From Macrostomum lignano (lineage: Eukaryota): a DNA stretch of 64,000 nt. A program made the position numbers and the translations under genes. The stretch spans positions 22,279 to 86,278 of the forward strand of contig NIVC01003639.1 in assembly GCA_002269645.1 (NCBI GenBank). Direction: 5' to 3'. Shown piece by piece: positions 63,001 through 64,000 of this stretch; position 1 is the first letter of the stretch; each line of letters opens with the position of its first letter. Below the pieces are notes generated by a model. It saw only the letters and a program-made list of their open reading frames with translations. It was not told where the DNA came from and ran no database searches.

Positions 63001-64000
63001 CAATTTGTAGCTCTCAGTCTGCGCCTGAGCTGCTTGTGGTCCCCGATCAAAATCAGTTGCTCCGTTCTGTGCCCAAAGCAGGCAAGTAGATGCGGCTCGG
63101 ATACCTCGGCCGCCTCTTCTACAAGCAGCACTCCTGGCTGTACAAGATCAAGCAGCTCTCTGTGAATTGAGGCGCCCGTGATGGTCATGCCGATGATGCG
63201 CCTGCGCCGAAGTATTGAAGCGTCCGCTTTTACTTCAAGCAGTCTTTTCACTTTCGAGTCGCTGAATAGTGTCGAACTGCTCTTTAATGTCACTTTCGGA
63301 TTTTGCTGATTGCCTTGTACAGGGCCTGTTGAAAGTACAGCAGCTGTTCAGTTGGCGACAGCCTTGTTGGATTCCGCCGGCTCAACTGAGCAATCACGCC
63401 AGAGTTGCAACAATTCTCAATTCCTGGATCATGAAGAATTTGGGAACCATTGGTGTTGTCAAGGTTGATTCTGTCTATTAAATTGGACTTGCCGCCACGC
63501 TCAGTTTGAGAGTCTCTGCTCGCCAATGATGCCAGAATCTGGTTCTCTCTCTCCCTAACTTCTTCCTCCTCGGCATCGTCTAAAGACGCTTGGCAACTGT
63601 TTTCTGGCTGAGAACTAGAGTTAGAACATGATGGGGCTGCTGGAATGTTGGTATGAACAGAACTTTTCTGCGCTTTCTTTCGGTTAGCCTCCAGCTGATC
63701 CTTGATGGCAGGCATTGAACGGTCAACGCAAGCTGCGAGAGCGCGAGCACTTTGGCGTCAGAGCGGATTAGATCATGCAGTTCATCTTTAGACGCACGCT
63801 TAAATTTCTCTTCAACCTCCAACTCTTCTGGCGTCATTTGCTTAATAGACGATTTTCGTTTCTATGCCTGACAAGTTCAGCCAAGTATGTCTCGTTGCAT
63901 TCATCCATAATGGCTACTGCTGGGTGAGAGAAGAGGCAGTTCCAGCTCCTTCACGCTGTCTTTAAATTTGGCCCAAGCTTCTTCAATCTCAGAGCTGATG
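60038..64000 (-). CDS. ZNFX1: ZNFX1-like SF1 (Upf1-like) helicase with NF-X1 zinc fingers and two C-terminal PARP-like ART domains; 5' end outside the window; multiple 1-nt frameshifts
   Basis: IIGMTITGAS, LLVEEAAEV, LIGDHKQLR, LDVSMMERL, QSRM, TIDLYQGDENDIVIVSLVRSN and NRRCVAQSRA match ZNFX1 helicase motifs; C/H-rich CGHKC/PCGH repeats; then FHGT..GMYGPGIYFATNSSKS..DEYVIF and FHGT..YGRGIYFS..NMLVI; stop TGA at 60038-60040; no introns seen. Confidence 0.9.

Overview
Eukaryotic (animal) genomic DNA, not prokaryotic. It has spliceosomal GT-AG introns, metazoan gene families and GC-rich exons among more than 30 unrelated micro/minisatellite arrays (about 20 kb, roughly 30% of the window). The style suggests a flatworm such as Macrostomum; this is inference and unverified. 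Four protein-coding genes are supportable: (1) a TNFAIP8/TIPE-family gene (- strand, 5.1-5.7 kb, start exon not found); (2) a 3-exon GlpQ-type glycerophosphodiester phosphodiesterase with signal peptide and GPI-like tail (+, 15.5-18.0 kb); (3) a 7-EC protocadherin (-, 19.3-24.2 kb) with one frameshift in EC7; (4) a ZNFX1-like SF1 helicase/NF-X1 zinc-finger gene (-, 60.0 kb to the window edge) with several 1-nt frameshifts. The C-terminus of gene 4 is two tandem PARP-like ADP-ribosyltransferase domains (H-Y-E and H-Y-M), which is the most interesting signal in the window. Mobile-element remnants are a Crypton-like tyrosine-recombinase fragment between inverted repeats, a Penelope-like RT fragment with an apparent 10-bp TSD, a minimal hammerhead-ribozyme motif next to a ~1.1-kb GATA tract, the 3' end of an R1/LOA-like LINE abutting a telomere-like G-quadruplex array, and a Helitron-like 5' end. 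Most long ORFs in the supplied track are artefacts of tandem repeats or antisense shadows. All family assignments are by motif recognition; no searches were run.
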